Source: Eledone cirrhosa
Taxonomy: Eukaryota
DNA length: 64,000 bases
Assembly (NCBI GenBank): GCA_964016885.1
Contig: OZ024743.1
Location: 133,362,001 to 133,426,000, forward strand
Direction: 5' to 3'
Shown here: positions 24,901-37,600 of the stretch, piece by piece
How positions within the stretch are numbered: the first letter of the stretch is position 1
Layout of the letters: each line of letters opens with the position of its first letter
The notes under the pieces: generated by a model
What the model was told of the DNA's origin: nothing
Databases searched by the model: none
Seen by the model: the letters and a program-made list of their open reading frames with translations, nothing else
Made by a program: the position numbers and the translations under genes

Positions 24901-27590
24901 TTGGTGGTTGGTGCTTGGTGCTTGGTGTTTAATGCTGCGTGCTTGGTGTTTGGTGTTTGGTGCTTGGTGCTTGGTGTTTGGTGATTGGAGCTTGGTGCCT
25001 GGTGCTTGTTGTTTGGTGCCTGGTGCTTGTTGTTTGGTGTTTGGTGCTTGGTGCTTGGTGTTTGGTGCTTGGTGCTTGGTGCTTGATGTTTGGTGCTTGG
25101 TGCTTGGTGTTTGGTGCTTGGTGCTTGGTGCTTGGTGCTTGGTGTTAGGTGTTTGGTGCTTGGTGCTTGGTGTTTGATGTTTGGTCCTTGGTGCTTGGTG
25201 TTTGGTGTTTGGTGCTTGGTGCTTGGTGTTTGGTGTTTTGTGTTTGGAGTTTGGTGCTTGGTGTTTGGTGCTTCGGGCTTGGTGCTTGGTGTTTGGTGCT
25301 TGGTGCTTGGTGTTTGGTGCTTGGTGCCTGGTGCTTGGTGTTTGGTGCTTGGTGCTTGGTGTTTGGTGATTGGTGCTTGGTGTTTGGTGCTTGGTGCTTG
25401 GTGCCTGGTGCTTGGTGTTAGGTGTTTGGTGCTTGGTGCTTGGTGCTTGGTGTTTGGTGCTTGCTGCCTGCTGCATGGGTTTTGGTGCTTGGTGATTGGT
25501 GCTTGGTGTTTTGCGCTTGGTGCTTGGTGTTTGGTGTTTGGTGTTTGGTGCTTGGTGCTTGGTGCTTGGTGCTTGGTGTTTGGTGCTGCGTGCTTGGTGT
25601 TTGGTGTCTGGAGTTTGGTGCTTGGTGCTTGGTGCCTGGTGTTTCGTGCTTGGTGCTTGGTGCTTGGTGTTTGGTGTTTGGTGCTTGGTGTTTGGTGCTT
25701 GGTGCCTGGTGCTTGGTGTTTGGTGCTTGGAGCTTGGTGTTTGGTGATTGGTGCTTGGTGTTTGGTGATTGGTGCTTGATGTTTGGTTCTTGGCGTTAGG
25801 TGTTTGGTGCTTGGTGCTTGGTGTTTGATGTTTGGTCCTTGGTGCTTGGTGTTTGGTGTTTGGTGCTTGGTTCTTGTTGTTTGGTGTTTGGTGCTTGCTG
25901 CTTGCTGCTTGGTGTTTGGTGCTTGGTGTTTTGTGCTTGATGCTTGGTGTTTGTTGTTTGGTGCTAGGGGCTTAGTGCTTGGTGCTTGGTGTTTGGTGCT
26001 TGGTGCTTGTTGTTTGGTGTTTGGTGCTTGGTGCGTGGGACTTAGTGTTTGGTGTTTGGTGCTTGGTGTTTGGTGCTTGGTGTTTGGGGCTTGGTGTTCG
26101 GTGCTTGGTGCCTGGTGCTTGGGGCTTGGTGTTTGGTGTTTGGTGCTTGGTGCTTGGTGTTTGATGTTGGGTCCTTGGTGCTTGGTGCTTGGTGTTTGGT
26201 GCTTGGTGTTTGGTGCTTGGTGCTTGATGTTTGGTGTTTGGTTCTTGGTGCTTGGTGTTTGGTGTTTGGTGTTTGGTGCTTGGTGCTTGGTGCTTGGTGT
26301 TTGGTGCTTGGTGTTTGGTGCTTGGTGCTGCGTGCTTGGTGTTTGGTGTTTGGTGCTTGGTGCCTGGTGCTTGTTGTTTGGTGTTTGGTGCTTAATGCTT
26401 GGTGTTTGGTGTTTGGTGCTTGGTGCTTGGTGGCTGGTGTTTGGTGCTTGGTGTTTGGAGTTTGCTGCTTGGTGCTTGGTGCCTGGTGTTTCGTGCTTGG
26501 TGCTTGGTGCTTGGTGTTTCGTGTTTGGTTCTTGGTGTTTGGTGCTTGGTGCTTGGTGCTTGGTGCTTGGTGTTTGGTGCTTGGTGTTTGATGCTGCGTG
26601 CTTGGTGTTTGGTGTTTGGTGCTTGGTGCTTGGTGTTTGGTGTTTGGAGCTTGGTGCCTGGTGCTTGTTGTTTGGTGTTTGGTGCTTGTTGCTTGGTGAT
26701 TGGTTTTTGGTGCTTGGTGCTTGGTGCTTGGTATCTGGTGTTTGGTGCTTGATGTTTGGTGTTTGGTGCTTGCTGCTTGGCGCTTGGTGTTTGGTGTTTG
26801 GTGCTTGGTGCTTGGTGTTTGGTGCTTGGTGTTTGTTGTTTTGTGTTTGGTGTTTGGTGCTTGGTACCTGGTGCTTGGTGCTTGGTGCTTGTTGTTTGGT
26901 GCTTGGTGCTTGGTGATTAGTGTTTGGTGCTTGGTGCTTGCGGTTTGGTGTTTGGTGCTTGGGGTTTGGTGTTTGCTGCTTGGTGCTTGGTGTTTGGTGC
27001 TTTGTGCTTGGTGCTTGGTGTTTGGTGCTTGGTGCTTGGAGTTTGGTGCTTGGTGCTTGGTGTTTGGTGTTTGGCATTTGCTGTTTGCTGTTTGCTTTTT
27101 GGTGTTTGCTGTTTGCTGTTTGCTGTTTGGTGTTTGCTGTTTGGTGCTTGATGTTTGGTGCTTGGTGCTTGGCGTTTGGTGTTTGGTGTTTGGTGCTTGG
27201 TGCTTGGTGTTTGGTGCTTGGTGCTTGGTGCTGGGTGTTTGGTGCTTGGTCCTTGGTGTTTGGTGCTTGGTGCGTGTTGCTTGGTGTTTGGTCCTTGGTG
27301 CTTTGTGCTTGGGTTTTGGTGTTTGGTGCTTGCTGTTTGGTGCTTGCTCTTTGGTGCTTGGTGCTTGGTGATTCGTGTTTGGTGATTGGTGCTTGGGGTT
27401 TGGTGTTTGGTGCTTGGTGTTTGGTGCTTGGTGCTTGCTGTTTGGTGTTTGGTGTTTGGTTTTGGTGCTTGGTGTTTGATGTTTGGTGTTTGGTGCTTGG
27501 TGCTTGGTGTTTGGTGCTGCGTGCTTGGTGTTTGGTGTTTGGTGCTTGGTGCCTGGTGCTTGTTGTTTGGTGTTTGGTGCTTAGTGCTTG
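18973..27590 (+). repeat. 4379/4302-bp HOR variant, two tandem copies (the second lacks 77 bp near 25440)
   Basis: ORF offsets 18973/23352 and 20130/24509 (4379), then 21194/25496, 21481/25783, 22618/26920 (4302). Confidence 0.88.
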
Positions 27591-30500
27591 GTGTTTGGTG
27601 TTTGGTGCTTGGTGGCTGGTGCTTGGTGCTTGTTGTTTCGTGCTTGGGGCTTGGTGTTTGGTGTTTGGTGTTTGGTGCTTGGTGTTTGGTGTTTGGTACT
27701 TGGTGCTTGGTGCTTGGTGCTTGGTGTTTGGTGCTTGGTGTTTGATGCTGCGTGCTTGATGTTTGGTGTTTGGTGCTTGGTACTTGGTGCTTGGTGTTTG
27801 GTGTTTGGTGCTTGGTGCTTGGTGTTTGGTGCTTGGTGTTTGGTGTTTGGTGTTTGATGCTTGGTGTTTGCTGCTTGGTGCTTGGTGCTTGGTGTTTTGT
27901 GTTTGGTGCTTGGTACTTGGTGATTAGTGTTTGGTGCTTGGTGCTTGCGGTTTGGTGTTTGGTGCTTGGGGTTTGGTGTTTGGTGCTTGGTGCTTGCTGC
28001 TTGGTGCTTGGTATTTGGTGCTTGGTGCTTGGTGTTTGGTGTTTGGTGCTTGGGGTTTGGTGTTTGGTGCTTGGTGCTTGGAGTTTGGTGCTTGGTGCTT
28101 GGTGTTTGGAGTTTGGTGCTTGGTGCTTGGTGCCTGGTGCTTGTTGTTTGGTGTTTGGTGCTTAGTGGTTGGTGTTTGGTGTTTGGTGCTTGGTGCTTGG
28201 TGGCTGGTGTTTGGTGCTTGGTGTTTGGAGTTTGGTGTTTGGTGCTTGGTGCCTGGTGTTTCGTGCTTGGTGCTTGGTGCTTGGTGTCTGGTGTTTGGTG
28301 CTTGGTGTTTGGTGTTTGGTACTTGGTGCTTGGTGCTTGGTGCTTGGTGTTTGGTGCTTGGTGTTTGATGCTGCGTGCTTGGTGTTTGGTGTTTGGTGCT
28401 TGGTGCTTGGTGTTTGGTATTTGGAGCTTGGTGCCTGGTGCTTGTTGTTTGGTGTTTTGTGCTTGGTGCTTGGTGTTTGGTGTTTGGCATTTGGTGCTTG
28501 GTGCTTGGTATCTGGTTTTTGGTGCTTGATGTTTGGTGTTTGGTGCTTGGTGCTTGGTGCTTGGTGTTTGGTGTTTGGTGCTTGGTGCTTGGTGTTTGGT
28601 GCTTGGTGTTTGGTGTTTCGTGTTTGATGCTTGGTGTTTGCTGCTTGGTGCTTGGTACTTGGTGCTTGGTGTTTGGTGTTTGGTGCTTGGTGCTTGGTGT
28701 TTGGTGCTTGGTGTTTGGTGTTTGGTGTTTGATGCTTGGTGTTTGCTGCTTGGTGCTTGGTGCTTGGTGTTTTGTGTTTGGTGCTTGGTACTTGGTGATT
28801 AGTGTTTGGTGCTTGGTGCTTGCGGTTTGGTGTTTGGTGCTTGGGGTTTGGTGTTTGGTGCTTGGTGCTTGCTGCTTGGTGCTTGGTGTTTGGTGCTTGG
28901 TGCTTGGTGTTTGGTGTTTGGTGCTTGGGGTTTGGTGTTTGGTGCTTGGTGCTTGGAGTTTGGTGCTTGGTGCTTGGTGTTTGGAGTTTGGTGCTTGGTG
29001 CTTGGTGCCTGGTGCTTGTTGTTTGGTGTTTGGTGCTTAGTGGTTGGTGTTTGGTGTTTGGTGCTTGGTGCTTGGTGGCTGGTGTTTGGTGCTTGGTGTT
29101 TGGAGTTTGGTGTTTGGTGCTTGGTGCCTGGTGTTTCGTGCTTGGTGCTTGGTGCTTGGTGTCTGGTGTTTGGTGCTTGGTGTTTGGTGTTTGGTACTTG
29201 GTGCTTGGTGCTTGGTGCTTGGTGTTTGGTGTTTGGTGCTTGGTGTTTGGTGCTTGGTGCTTGCTGTTTGGTGTTTGGTGTTTGGTTTTGGTGCTTGGTG
29301 TTTGATGTTTGGTGTTTGGTGCTTGGTGCTTGGTGTTTGGTGCTGCGTGCTTGGTGTTTGGTGTTTGGTGCTTGGTGCCTGGTGCTTGTTGTTTGGTGTT
29401 TGGTGCTTAGTGCTTGGTGTTTGGTGTTTGGTGCTTGGTGGCTGGTGCTTGGTGCTTGTTGTTTCGTGCTTGGGGCTTGGTGTTTGGTGTTTGGTGTTTG
29501 GTGCTTGGTGTTTGGTGTTTGGTACTTGGTGCTTGGTGCTTGGTGCTTGGTGTTTGGTGCTTGGTGTTTGATGCTGCGTGCTTGATGTTTGGTGTTTGGT
29601 GCTTGGTACTTGGTGCTTGGTGTTTGGTGTTTGGTGCTTGGTGCTTGGTGTTTGGTGCTTGGTGTTTGGTGTTTGGTGTTTGATGCTTGGTGTTTGCTGC
29701 TTGGTGCTTGGTGCTTGGTGTTTTGTGTTTGGTGCTTGGTACTTGGTGATTAGTGTTTGGTGCTTGGTGCTTGCGGTTTGGTGTTTGGTGCTTGGGGTTT
29801 GGTGTTTGGTGCTTGGTGCTTGCTGCTTGGTGCTTGGTGTTTGGTGCTTGGTGCTTGGTGTTTGGTGTTTGGTGCTTGGGGTTTGGTGTTTGGTGCTTGG
29901 TGCTTGGAGTTTGGTGCTTGGTGCTTGGTGTTTGGAGTTTGGTGCTTGGTGCTTGGTGCCTGGTGCTTGTTGTTTGGTGTTTGGTGCTTAGTGGTTGGTG
30001 TTTGGTGTTTGGTGCTTGGTGCTTGGTGGCTGGTGTTTGGTGCTTGGTGTTTGGAGTTTGGTGTTTGGTGCTTGGTGCCTGGTGTTTCGTGCTTGGTGCT
30101 TGGTGCTTGGTGTCTGGTGTTTGGTGCTTGGTGTTTGGTGTTTGGTACTTGGTGCTTGGTGCTTGGTGCTTGGTGTTTGGTGCTTGGTGTTTGATGCTGC
30201 GTGCTTGGTGTTTGGTGTTTGGTGCTTGGTGCTTGGTGTTTGGTATTTGGAGCTTGGTGCCTGGTGCTTGTTGTTTGGTGTTTTGTGCTTGGTGCTTGGT
30301 GTTTGGTGTTTGGCATTTGGTGCTTGGTGCTTGGTATCTGGTTTTTGGTGCTTGATGTTTGGTGTTTGGTGCTTGGTGCTTGGTGCTTGGTGTTTGGTGT
30401 TTGGTGCTTGGTGCTTGGTGTTTGGTGCTTGGTGTTTGGTGTTTCGTGTTTGATGCTTGGTGTTTGCTGCTTGGTGCTTGGTACTTGGTGCTTGGTGTTT

Positions 30501-31330
30501 GGTGTTTGGTGCTTGGTGCTTGGTGTTTGGTGCTTGGTGTTTGGTGTTTGGTGTTTGATGCTTGGTGTTTGCTGCTTGGTGCTTGGTGCTTGGTGTTTTG
30601 TGTTTGGTGCTTGGTACTTGGTGATTAGTGTTTGGTGCTTGGTGCTTGCGGTTTGGTGTTTGGTGCTTGGGGTTTGGTGTTTGGTGCTTGGTGCTTGCTG
30701 CTTGGTGCTTGGTGTTTGGTGCTTGGTGCTTGGTGTTTGGTGTTTGGTGCTTGGGGTTTGGTGTTTGGTGCTTGGTGCTTGGAGTTTGGTGCTTGGTGCT
30801 TGGTGTTTGGAGTTTGGTGCTTGGTGCTTGGTGCCTGGTGCTTGTTGTTTGGTGTTTGGTGCTTAGTGGTTGGTGTTTGGTGTTTGGTGCTTGGTGCTTG
30901 GTGGCTGGTGTTTGGTGCTTGGTGTTTGGAGTTTGGTGTTTGGTGCTTGGTGCCTGGTGTTTCGTGCTTGGTGCTTGGTGCTTGGTGTCTGGTGTTTGGT
31001 GCTTGGTGTTTGGTGTTTGGTACTTGGTGCTTGGTGCTTGGTGCTTGGTGTTTGGTGCTTGGTGTTTGATGCTGCGTGCTTGGTGTTTGGTGTTTGGTGC
31101 TTGGTGCTTGGTGTTTGGTATTTGGAGCTTGGTGCCTGGTGCTTGTTGTTTGGTGTTTTGTGCTTGGTGCTTGGTGTTTGGTGTTTGGCATTTGGTGCTT
31201 GGTGCTTGGTATCTGGTTTTTGGTGCTTGATGTTTGGTGTTTGGTGCTTGGTGCTTGGTGCTTGGTGTTTGGTGTTTGGTGATTGGTGCTTGGTGTTTGG
31301 TGCTTGGTGTTTGGTGTTTCGTGTTTGATG
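27400..31330 (+). repeat. Transition domain: 1826-bp tandem duplication containing 875-bp (125-monomer) subrepeats
   Basis: ORFs 27588/29414, 27927/29753, 28533/30359 (1826 = 261x7-1; TTGGTT at 27456/29282). ORFs 27927/28802 and 29753/30628 (875). Confidence 0.9.
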
Positions 31331-34300
31331 CTTGGTGTTTGCTGCTTGGTGCTTGGTGCTTGGTGTTTTGTGTTTGGTGCTTGGTGCTTGGTGCCTGCTG
31401 CTTGGTGCTTGGTGCTTGTTGTTTGGTGCTTGGTGCTTGGTGATTAGTGTTTGGTGCTTGGTGCTTGCGGTTTGGTGTTTGGTGCTTGGGGTTTGGTATT
31501 TGGTGCTTGGTGCTTGGTGTTTGGTGCTTGGTGCTTGGTGCTTGGTGTTTGGTGCTTGGTGCTTGGTGTTTGGTGCTTGGTGCTTGGTGTTTGGTGTTTG
31601 GCGTTTGCTGTTTGCTGTTTGGTGTTTGGTGTTTGCTGTTTGGTGTTTGCTGTTTGGTGTTTGGTGTTTGGTGCTTGCTGTTTGGTGCTTGGTGCTTGGT
31701 GTTTGGTGTTTGGTGTTTGGTGCTTGGTGCTTGGTGTTTGGTGCTTGGTGCTTGGTGCTGGGTGTTTGGTGCTTGGTGCTTGGTGTTTGGTGCTTGGTGC
31801 TTGGTGCCTGGTGTTTGGTCCTTGGTGCTTGGTGCTTGGTGCTTGGTGCTTGCTGTTTGGTGTTTGGTGTTTGGTTCTTGGTGCTTGGTGTTTGGTGTTT
31901 GGTGTTTGGTGCTTGGTGCTTGGTGTTTGGTGCTTGGTGCTTGGTGCTTGGTGATTAGTGTTTGGTGATTGGTGCTTGGGGTTTGGTGTTTGGTGCTTGG
32001 TGTTTGGTGCTTGGTGCTTGCTGTTTGGTGTTTGGTGTTTGGTTCTTGGTGCTTGGTGTTTGGTGTTTGGTGTTTGGTGCTTGGTGCTTGGTGCTTGGTG
32101 TTTGGTGCTTGGTGCTTGGTGCTTGGTGTTTGGTGCTGCGTGCTTGGTGTTTGGTGTTTGGTGCTTGGTGCCTGGGGCTTGTTGTTTGGTGTTTGGTGCT
32201 TAGTGCTTGGTGTTTGGTGTTTGGTGCTTGGTGCTTGGTGGCTGGTGCTTGGTGCTTGGTGTTTGGAGTTTGGTGCTTGGTGCTTGGTGCCTGGTGTTTC
32301 GTGCTTGGTTCTTGGTGCTTGGTGTTTGGTGTTTGGTGTTTGGTGTTTGGTGTTTGGTACTTGGTGCTTGGTGCTTGGTGTTTGGTGCTTGGTGTTTGGT
32401 GATTGGTGCTTGGTGCTTGGTGCTTGGTGCTTGGTGTTAGGTGTTTGGTCCTTGGTGCTTGTTGTTTGGTGTTTTGTGCTTGGTGCTTGGCGTTTGGTGT
32501 TTGGCGCTAGGGGCTTGGTGCTTGATGCTTGGTGTTTGGTGCTTGGTGCTTGCTGTTTGGTGTTTGGTGCTTGGTGCGTGGGACTTAGTGTTTGGTGTTT
32601 GGTGTTTGGTGTTTGGTGCTTGGTGTTTGGTGCTTGGTGCTTGGTGTTTGGTGTTTGGTGCTTAGTGCTTGGGGCTTGGTGTTTGGTGCTTGGTGTTTGG
32701 TGTTTGGTGCTTGGTGCTTGGTGTTTGGCGCTTGGTGCTTGGTGCTTGGTGTTTGGTGCTTGGTGCTTGGTGCTTGGTGCTTGGTGATTAGTGTTTGGTG
32801 CTTGGTGCCTGGTGCCTGGTGCTTGGTGCTTGGTGCTTGTTGTTTGGTGCTTGGTGTTTGGTGCTTGGTGTTTGGTGCTTGGTGCTTGGTGTTTGGTGTT
32901 TGGTGCTTGGTGCTTGGGGCTTGGTCTTTGGTGCTTAGTGTTTGGTGCTTGGTGTTTGGTGCTTGGTGCTTGGTGCTTGGTGTTTGGTGTTTGGTGTTTG
33001 GTGCTTGGTGTTTGGTGCTTGGTGCTTGGTGCTGGGTGGTTGGTGTTTGGTGTTTGGTGCTTGGTGCTTCGTGCTTATTGTTTGGTGCTTGGTGCTTGGT
33101 GCTTGGTGCTTGGTCTTTGGTGCTTGGTGTTTGGTGTTTGGTACTTGGTGCCTGGTGTTTGGCGCTTGGTGCTTGGTGCTTGGTGTTTGGTGCTTGGTGT
33201 TTGGTGCTTGGTGATTAGTGTTTCGTGCTTGGTGCTTGGTGCCTGGTGCTTGGTGCTTGGTGCTTGATGTTTGGTGCTTGGTGCTTGGTGATTAGTGTTT
33301 GGTGCTTGGTGCTTTGGGTTTGGTGTTTGGTGCTTGGGGTTTGGTGTTTGGTGCTTGGTGCTTGGTGTTTGGTGCTTGGTGCTTGGTGTTTGGTGCTTGG
33401 TGCTTTGTGTTTGGTGCTTGGTGTTTGGTGCTTGGTGCTTGGTGCTTGGTTCTTGGTGTTAGGTGTTTGGTGCTTGGTGATTGGTGTTTGATGTTAGGTT
33501 CTTGGTGCTTGGTGTTTGGTGCTTGCTGCTTGGTGCTTGGTGTTTTGTGTTTGGAGTTTGGTGCTTGGTGTTTGGTGCTTCGGTCTTGGTGTTTGGTGTT
33601 TGGTGCTTGGTGCCTGGGGCTTGTTGTTTGGTGTTTGGTGCTTAGTGCTTGGTGTTTGGTGTTTGGTGCTTGGTGCTTGGTGGCTGGTGCTTGGTGCTTG
33701 GTGTTTGCAGTTTGGTGCTTGGTGCTTGGTGCCTGGTGTTTCGTGCTTGGTGCTTGGTGCTTGGTGTTTGGTGTTTGGTGCTTGGTGTTTGGTGTTTGGT
33801 ACTTGGTGCTTGGTGCTTGGTGTTTGGTGCTTGGTGTTTGGTGCTTGGTGCTTGGTGCTTCGTGCTTGGTGTCAGGTGTTTGGTGCTTGGTGCTTGGTGT
33901 TTGATGTTTGGTCCTTGGTGCTTGTTGTTTGGTGTTTGGTGCTTCGTGCTTGGTGTTTGGTGTTTGGTGCTTGCTGCTTGCTGCTTGGTGTTTGGTGCTT
34001 GGTGATTGGTGCTTGGTGTTTTGTGCTTGGTGCTTGGTGTTTGGTGTTTGCTGCTAGGGGCTTGGTGCTTGATGCTTGGTGTTTGGTGCTTGGTGCTTGC
34101 TGTTTGGTGTTTGGTGCTTGGTGCGTGGGACTTAGTGTTTGGTGTTTGGTGCTTGGTGTTTGGTGCTTGGTGTTTGGTGCTTGGTGCTTGGTGTTTGGTG
34201 TTTGGTGCTTGGTGCTTGGGGCTTGGTCTTTGGTGCTTAGTGTTTGGTGCTTGGTGTTTGGTGCTTGGTGCTTGGTGCTTGGTGTTTGGTGTTTGGTGTT

Positions 34301-34609
34301 TGGTGCTTGGTGTTTGGTGCTTGTTGCTTGGTGCTGGGTGGTTGGTGTTTGGTGTTTGGTGCTTGGTGCTTGGTGATTAGTGTTTGGTGCTTGGTGCTTG
34401 GTGCCTGGTGCTTGGTGCTTGGTGCTTGATGTTTGGTGCTTGGTGCTTGGTGATTAGTGTTTGGTGCTTGGTGCTTTGGGTTTGGTGTTTGGTGCTTGGG
34501 GTTTGGTGTTTGGTGCTTGGTGCTTGGTGTTTGGTGCTTGGTGCTTGGTGTTTGGTGCTTGGTGCTTTGTGTTTGGTGCTTGGTGTTTGGTGCTTGGTGC
34601 TTGGTGCTT

Positions 34610-37600
34610 GGTGCTTGGTGTTAGGTGTTTGGTGCTTGATGATTGGTGTTTGATGTTAGGTTCTTGGTGCTTGGTGTTTGGTGCTTGGTGCTTGGTGCTT
34701 GGTGTTTGGTGTTTGGTGCTTGCTGCTTGGTGCTTGGTGTTTTGTGTTTGGATTTTGGTGCTTGGTGTTTGGTGCTTCGGTCTTGGTGTTTGGTGTTTGG
34801 TGCTTGGTGCTTGGTGTTTGGTGTTTGGTGCCTGGTGCTTGGTGTTCGGTGCTTGGTGTTTGGTGTTTGGTGATTGGTGCTTGGTGTTTGGTGCTTGGTG
34901 CTTGGTGCTTGGTGCTTGGTGTTAGGCGTTTGGTGCTTGGTGCTTGGTGTTTGATGTTTGGTCCATTGTGCTTGGTGTTTGGTATTTTGTGCTTGGTGCT
35001 TGGTGTTTGGTGTTTGGTGCTTGGTGCTTGGTGTTTGGTGTTTGGTGCTTGCTGCTTGCTGCTTGGTGTTTGGTGCTAGGGGCTTGGTGCTTGGTGTTTC
35101 GTGTTTGGTGCTTGGTGCTTGGTGTTTGGTGTTTGGTGCTTGGTGCGTGGGACTTGGTCTTTGGTGCTTGGTGTTTGGTGCTTGGTGTTTGGTGCTTGGT
35201 GCCGGGTGCTTGGTGTTTGGTGTTTGGTGCTTGGTGTTTGGTGCTTGTTGTTTGGTGCTTGGTGTTCGGTGCTTGGTGCTTGGTGCTTGGTGCTTGGTGT
35301 TTGGTGTTTGGTGCTTGGTGATTGGTGTTTGATGTTTGGTCCTTGGTGCTTGGTGTTTGGTGTTGTGTGCTTGGTGATTGGTGCTTGGTGTTTGGTGCTT
35401 GGTTCTTGGTGCTTGGTGTTTGGCGTTTGCTGTTTGCTGTTTGGTGGTTGGTGTTTGCTGTTTGGTGTTTGCTGTTTGGTGTTTGGTGTTTGGTGCTTGC
35501 TGTTTGGTGCTTGGTGCTTGGTGTTTGGTGTTTGGTGCTTGGTGTTTGGTGCTTGGTGCTTGGTGCTTGGTGTTTGGTCCTTGGTGCTTGGTGCTTGGTC
35601 TTTGGTGCTTGGGTTTTGGTCTTTGGTGCTTGGTGCTTGGTGTTTGGTCCTTGGTGCTTGGTGCTTGGTGTTTGGTGCTTGCTGCTTGGTGCTTGGTGTT
35701 TGGTGCTTGGTGCTTGGTGATTAGTGTTTGGTGATTGGTGCTTGGGGTTTGGTGTTTAGGGCTTTGTGTTTGGTGCTTGGTGCTTGCTGTTTGGTGTTTG
35801 GTGCTGGGTGTTAGGTGCTTGGTGCTTGGTGTTTGGTGCTTGGTGCTTGGTGCTTGGTGCTTGGTGTTTGGTGCTTGGTGCTTGGTGCTTGGTGCTTGCT
35901 GTTTGGTGTTTGGTGTTTGGTTCTTGGTGCTTGGTGTTTGGTGTTTGGTGTTTGGTGCTTGGTGCTTGGTGCTTGGTGTTTGGTGCTTGGGGTTTAGTGT
36001 TTGGTGCTTGGTGTTTGGTGCTTGGTGCTTGCTGTTTGGTGTTTGGTGTTTGGTTCTTGGTGTTTGGTGTTTGGTATTTGGTGTTTGGTGCTTGGTGCTT
36101 GGTGCTTGGTGTTTGGTGCTTGGTGCTTGGTGCTTGGTGTTTTGTGTTTGGTGCTTGGTACTTGGTGATTAGTGTTTGGTGCTTGGTGCTTGCGGTTTGG
36201 TGTTTGGTGCTTGGGGTTTGGTGTTTGGTGCTTGGTGCTTGCTGCTTGGTGCTTGGTGTTTGGTGCTTGGTGCTTGGTGTTTGGTGTTTGGTGCTTGGGG
36301 TTTGGTGTTTGGTGCTTGGTGCTTGGAGTTTGGTGCTTGGTGCTTGGTGTTTGGAGTTTGGTGCTTGGTGCTTGGTGCCTGGAGCTTGTTGTTTGGTGTT
36401 TGGTGCTTAGTGGTTGGTGTTTGGTGTTTGGTGCTTGGTGTTTGGTGGCTGGTGTTTGGTGCTTGGTGTTTGGAGTTTGGTGTTTGGTGCTTGGTGCCTG
36501 GTGTTTCGTGCTTGGTGCTTGGTGCTTGGTGTCTGGTGTTTGGTGCTTGGTGCTTGGTGTTTGGTGTTTGGTGCTTGGGGTTTGGTGTTTGGTGCTTGGT
36601 GCTTGGTGCTTGGAGTTTGGTGCTTGGTGCTTGGTGTTTGGAGTTTGGTGCTTGGTGCTTGCTGCCTGGTGCTTGTTGTTTGGTGTTTGGTGCTTAGTGG
36701 TTGGTGTTTGGTGTTTGGTGCTTGGTGCTTGGTGGCTGGTGTTTGGTGCTTGGTGTTTGGAGTTTGGTGTTTGGTGCTTGGTGCCTGGTGTTTCGTGCTT
36801 GGTGCTTGGTGCTTGGTGTCTGGTGTTTGGTGCTTGGTGTTTGGTGTTTGGTACTTGGTGCTTGGTGCTTGGTGCTTGGTGTTTGGTGCTTGGTGTTTGA
36901 TGCTGCGTGCTTGGTGTTTGGTGTTTGGTGCTTGGTGCTTGGTGTTTGGTATTTGGAGCTTGGTGCCTAGTGCTTGTTGTTTGGTGTTTGGTGCTTGGTG
37001 CTTGGTGTTTGGTGTTTGGCGTTTGGTGCTTGGTGCTTGGTATCTGGTGTTTGGTGCTTGATGTTTGGTGTTTGGTGCTTGGTGCTTGGTGTTTGGTGTT
37101 TGGTGCTTGGTGCTTGGTGTTTGGTGCTTGGTGTTTGGTGTTTGGTGTTTGATGCTTGGTGTTTGCTGCTTGGTGCTTGGTGCTTGGTGTTTTGTGTTTG
37201 GTGCTTGGTGCTTGGTGCCTGCTGCTTGGTGCTTGGTGCTTGTTGTTTGGTGCTTGGTGCTTGGTGATTAGTGTTTGGTGCTTGGTGCTTGCGGTTTGGT
37301 GTTTGGTGCTTGGGGTTTGGTGTTTGGTGCTTGGTGCTTGGTGTTTGGTGCTTGGTGCTTGGTGCTTGGTGTTTGGTGCTTGGTGCTTGGTGTTTGGTGC
37401 TTGGTGCTTGGTGTTTGGTGTTTGGCGTTTGCTGTTTGCTGTTTGGTGTTTGGTGTTTGCTGTTTGGTGTTTGCTGTTTGGTGCTTGGTGCTTGGTGTTT
37501 GGTGTTTGGTGTTTGGTGCTTGGTGCTTGGTGTTTGGTGCTTGGTGCTTGGTGCTGGGTGTTTGGTGCTTGGTGCTTGGTGTTTGGTGCTTGGTGCTTGG

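Larger units (their letters stand above)
10610..25090 (+). repeat. 7449/7450-bp super-duplication (~10610-17640 repeated at ~18060-25090)
   Basis: ORF offsets 10625/18074, 13594/21043, 14949/22398 (7449) and 15902/23352, 17059/24509 (7450). The 1-bp step is explained by the private deletion at ~15809. Confidence 0.92.

Noticed and set aside
13590-27077. Long - strand ORFs (774, 578, 911 aa) of STKHQAP repeats resembling mucin-like or CTD-like heptad proteins
   Set aside because: They have no non-repetitive termini, the ATGs arise from rare CAT variants, overlapping frames give the same peptide, and the heptad is not the Pol II YSPTSPS.
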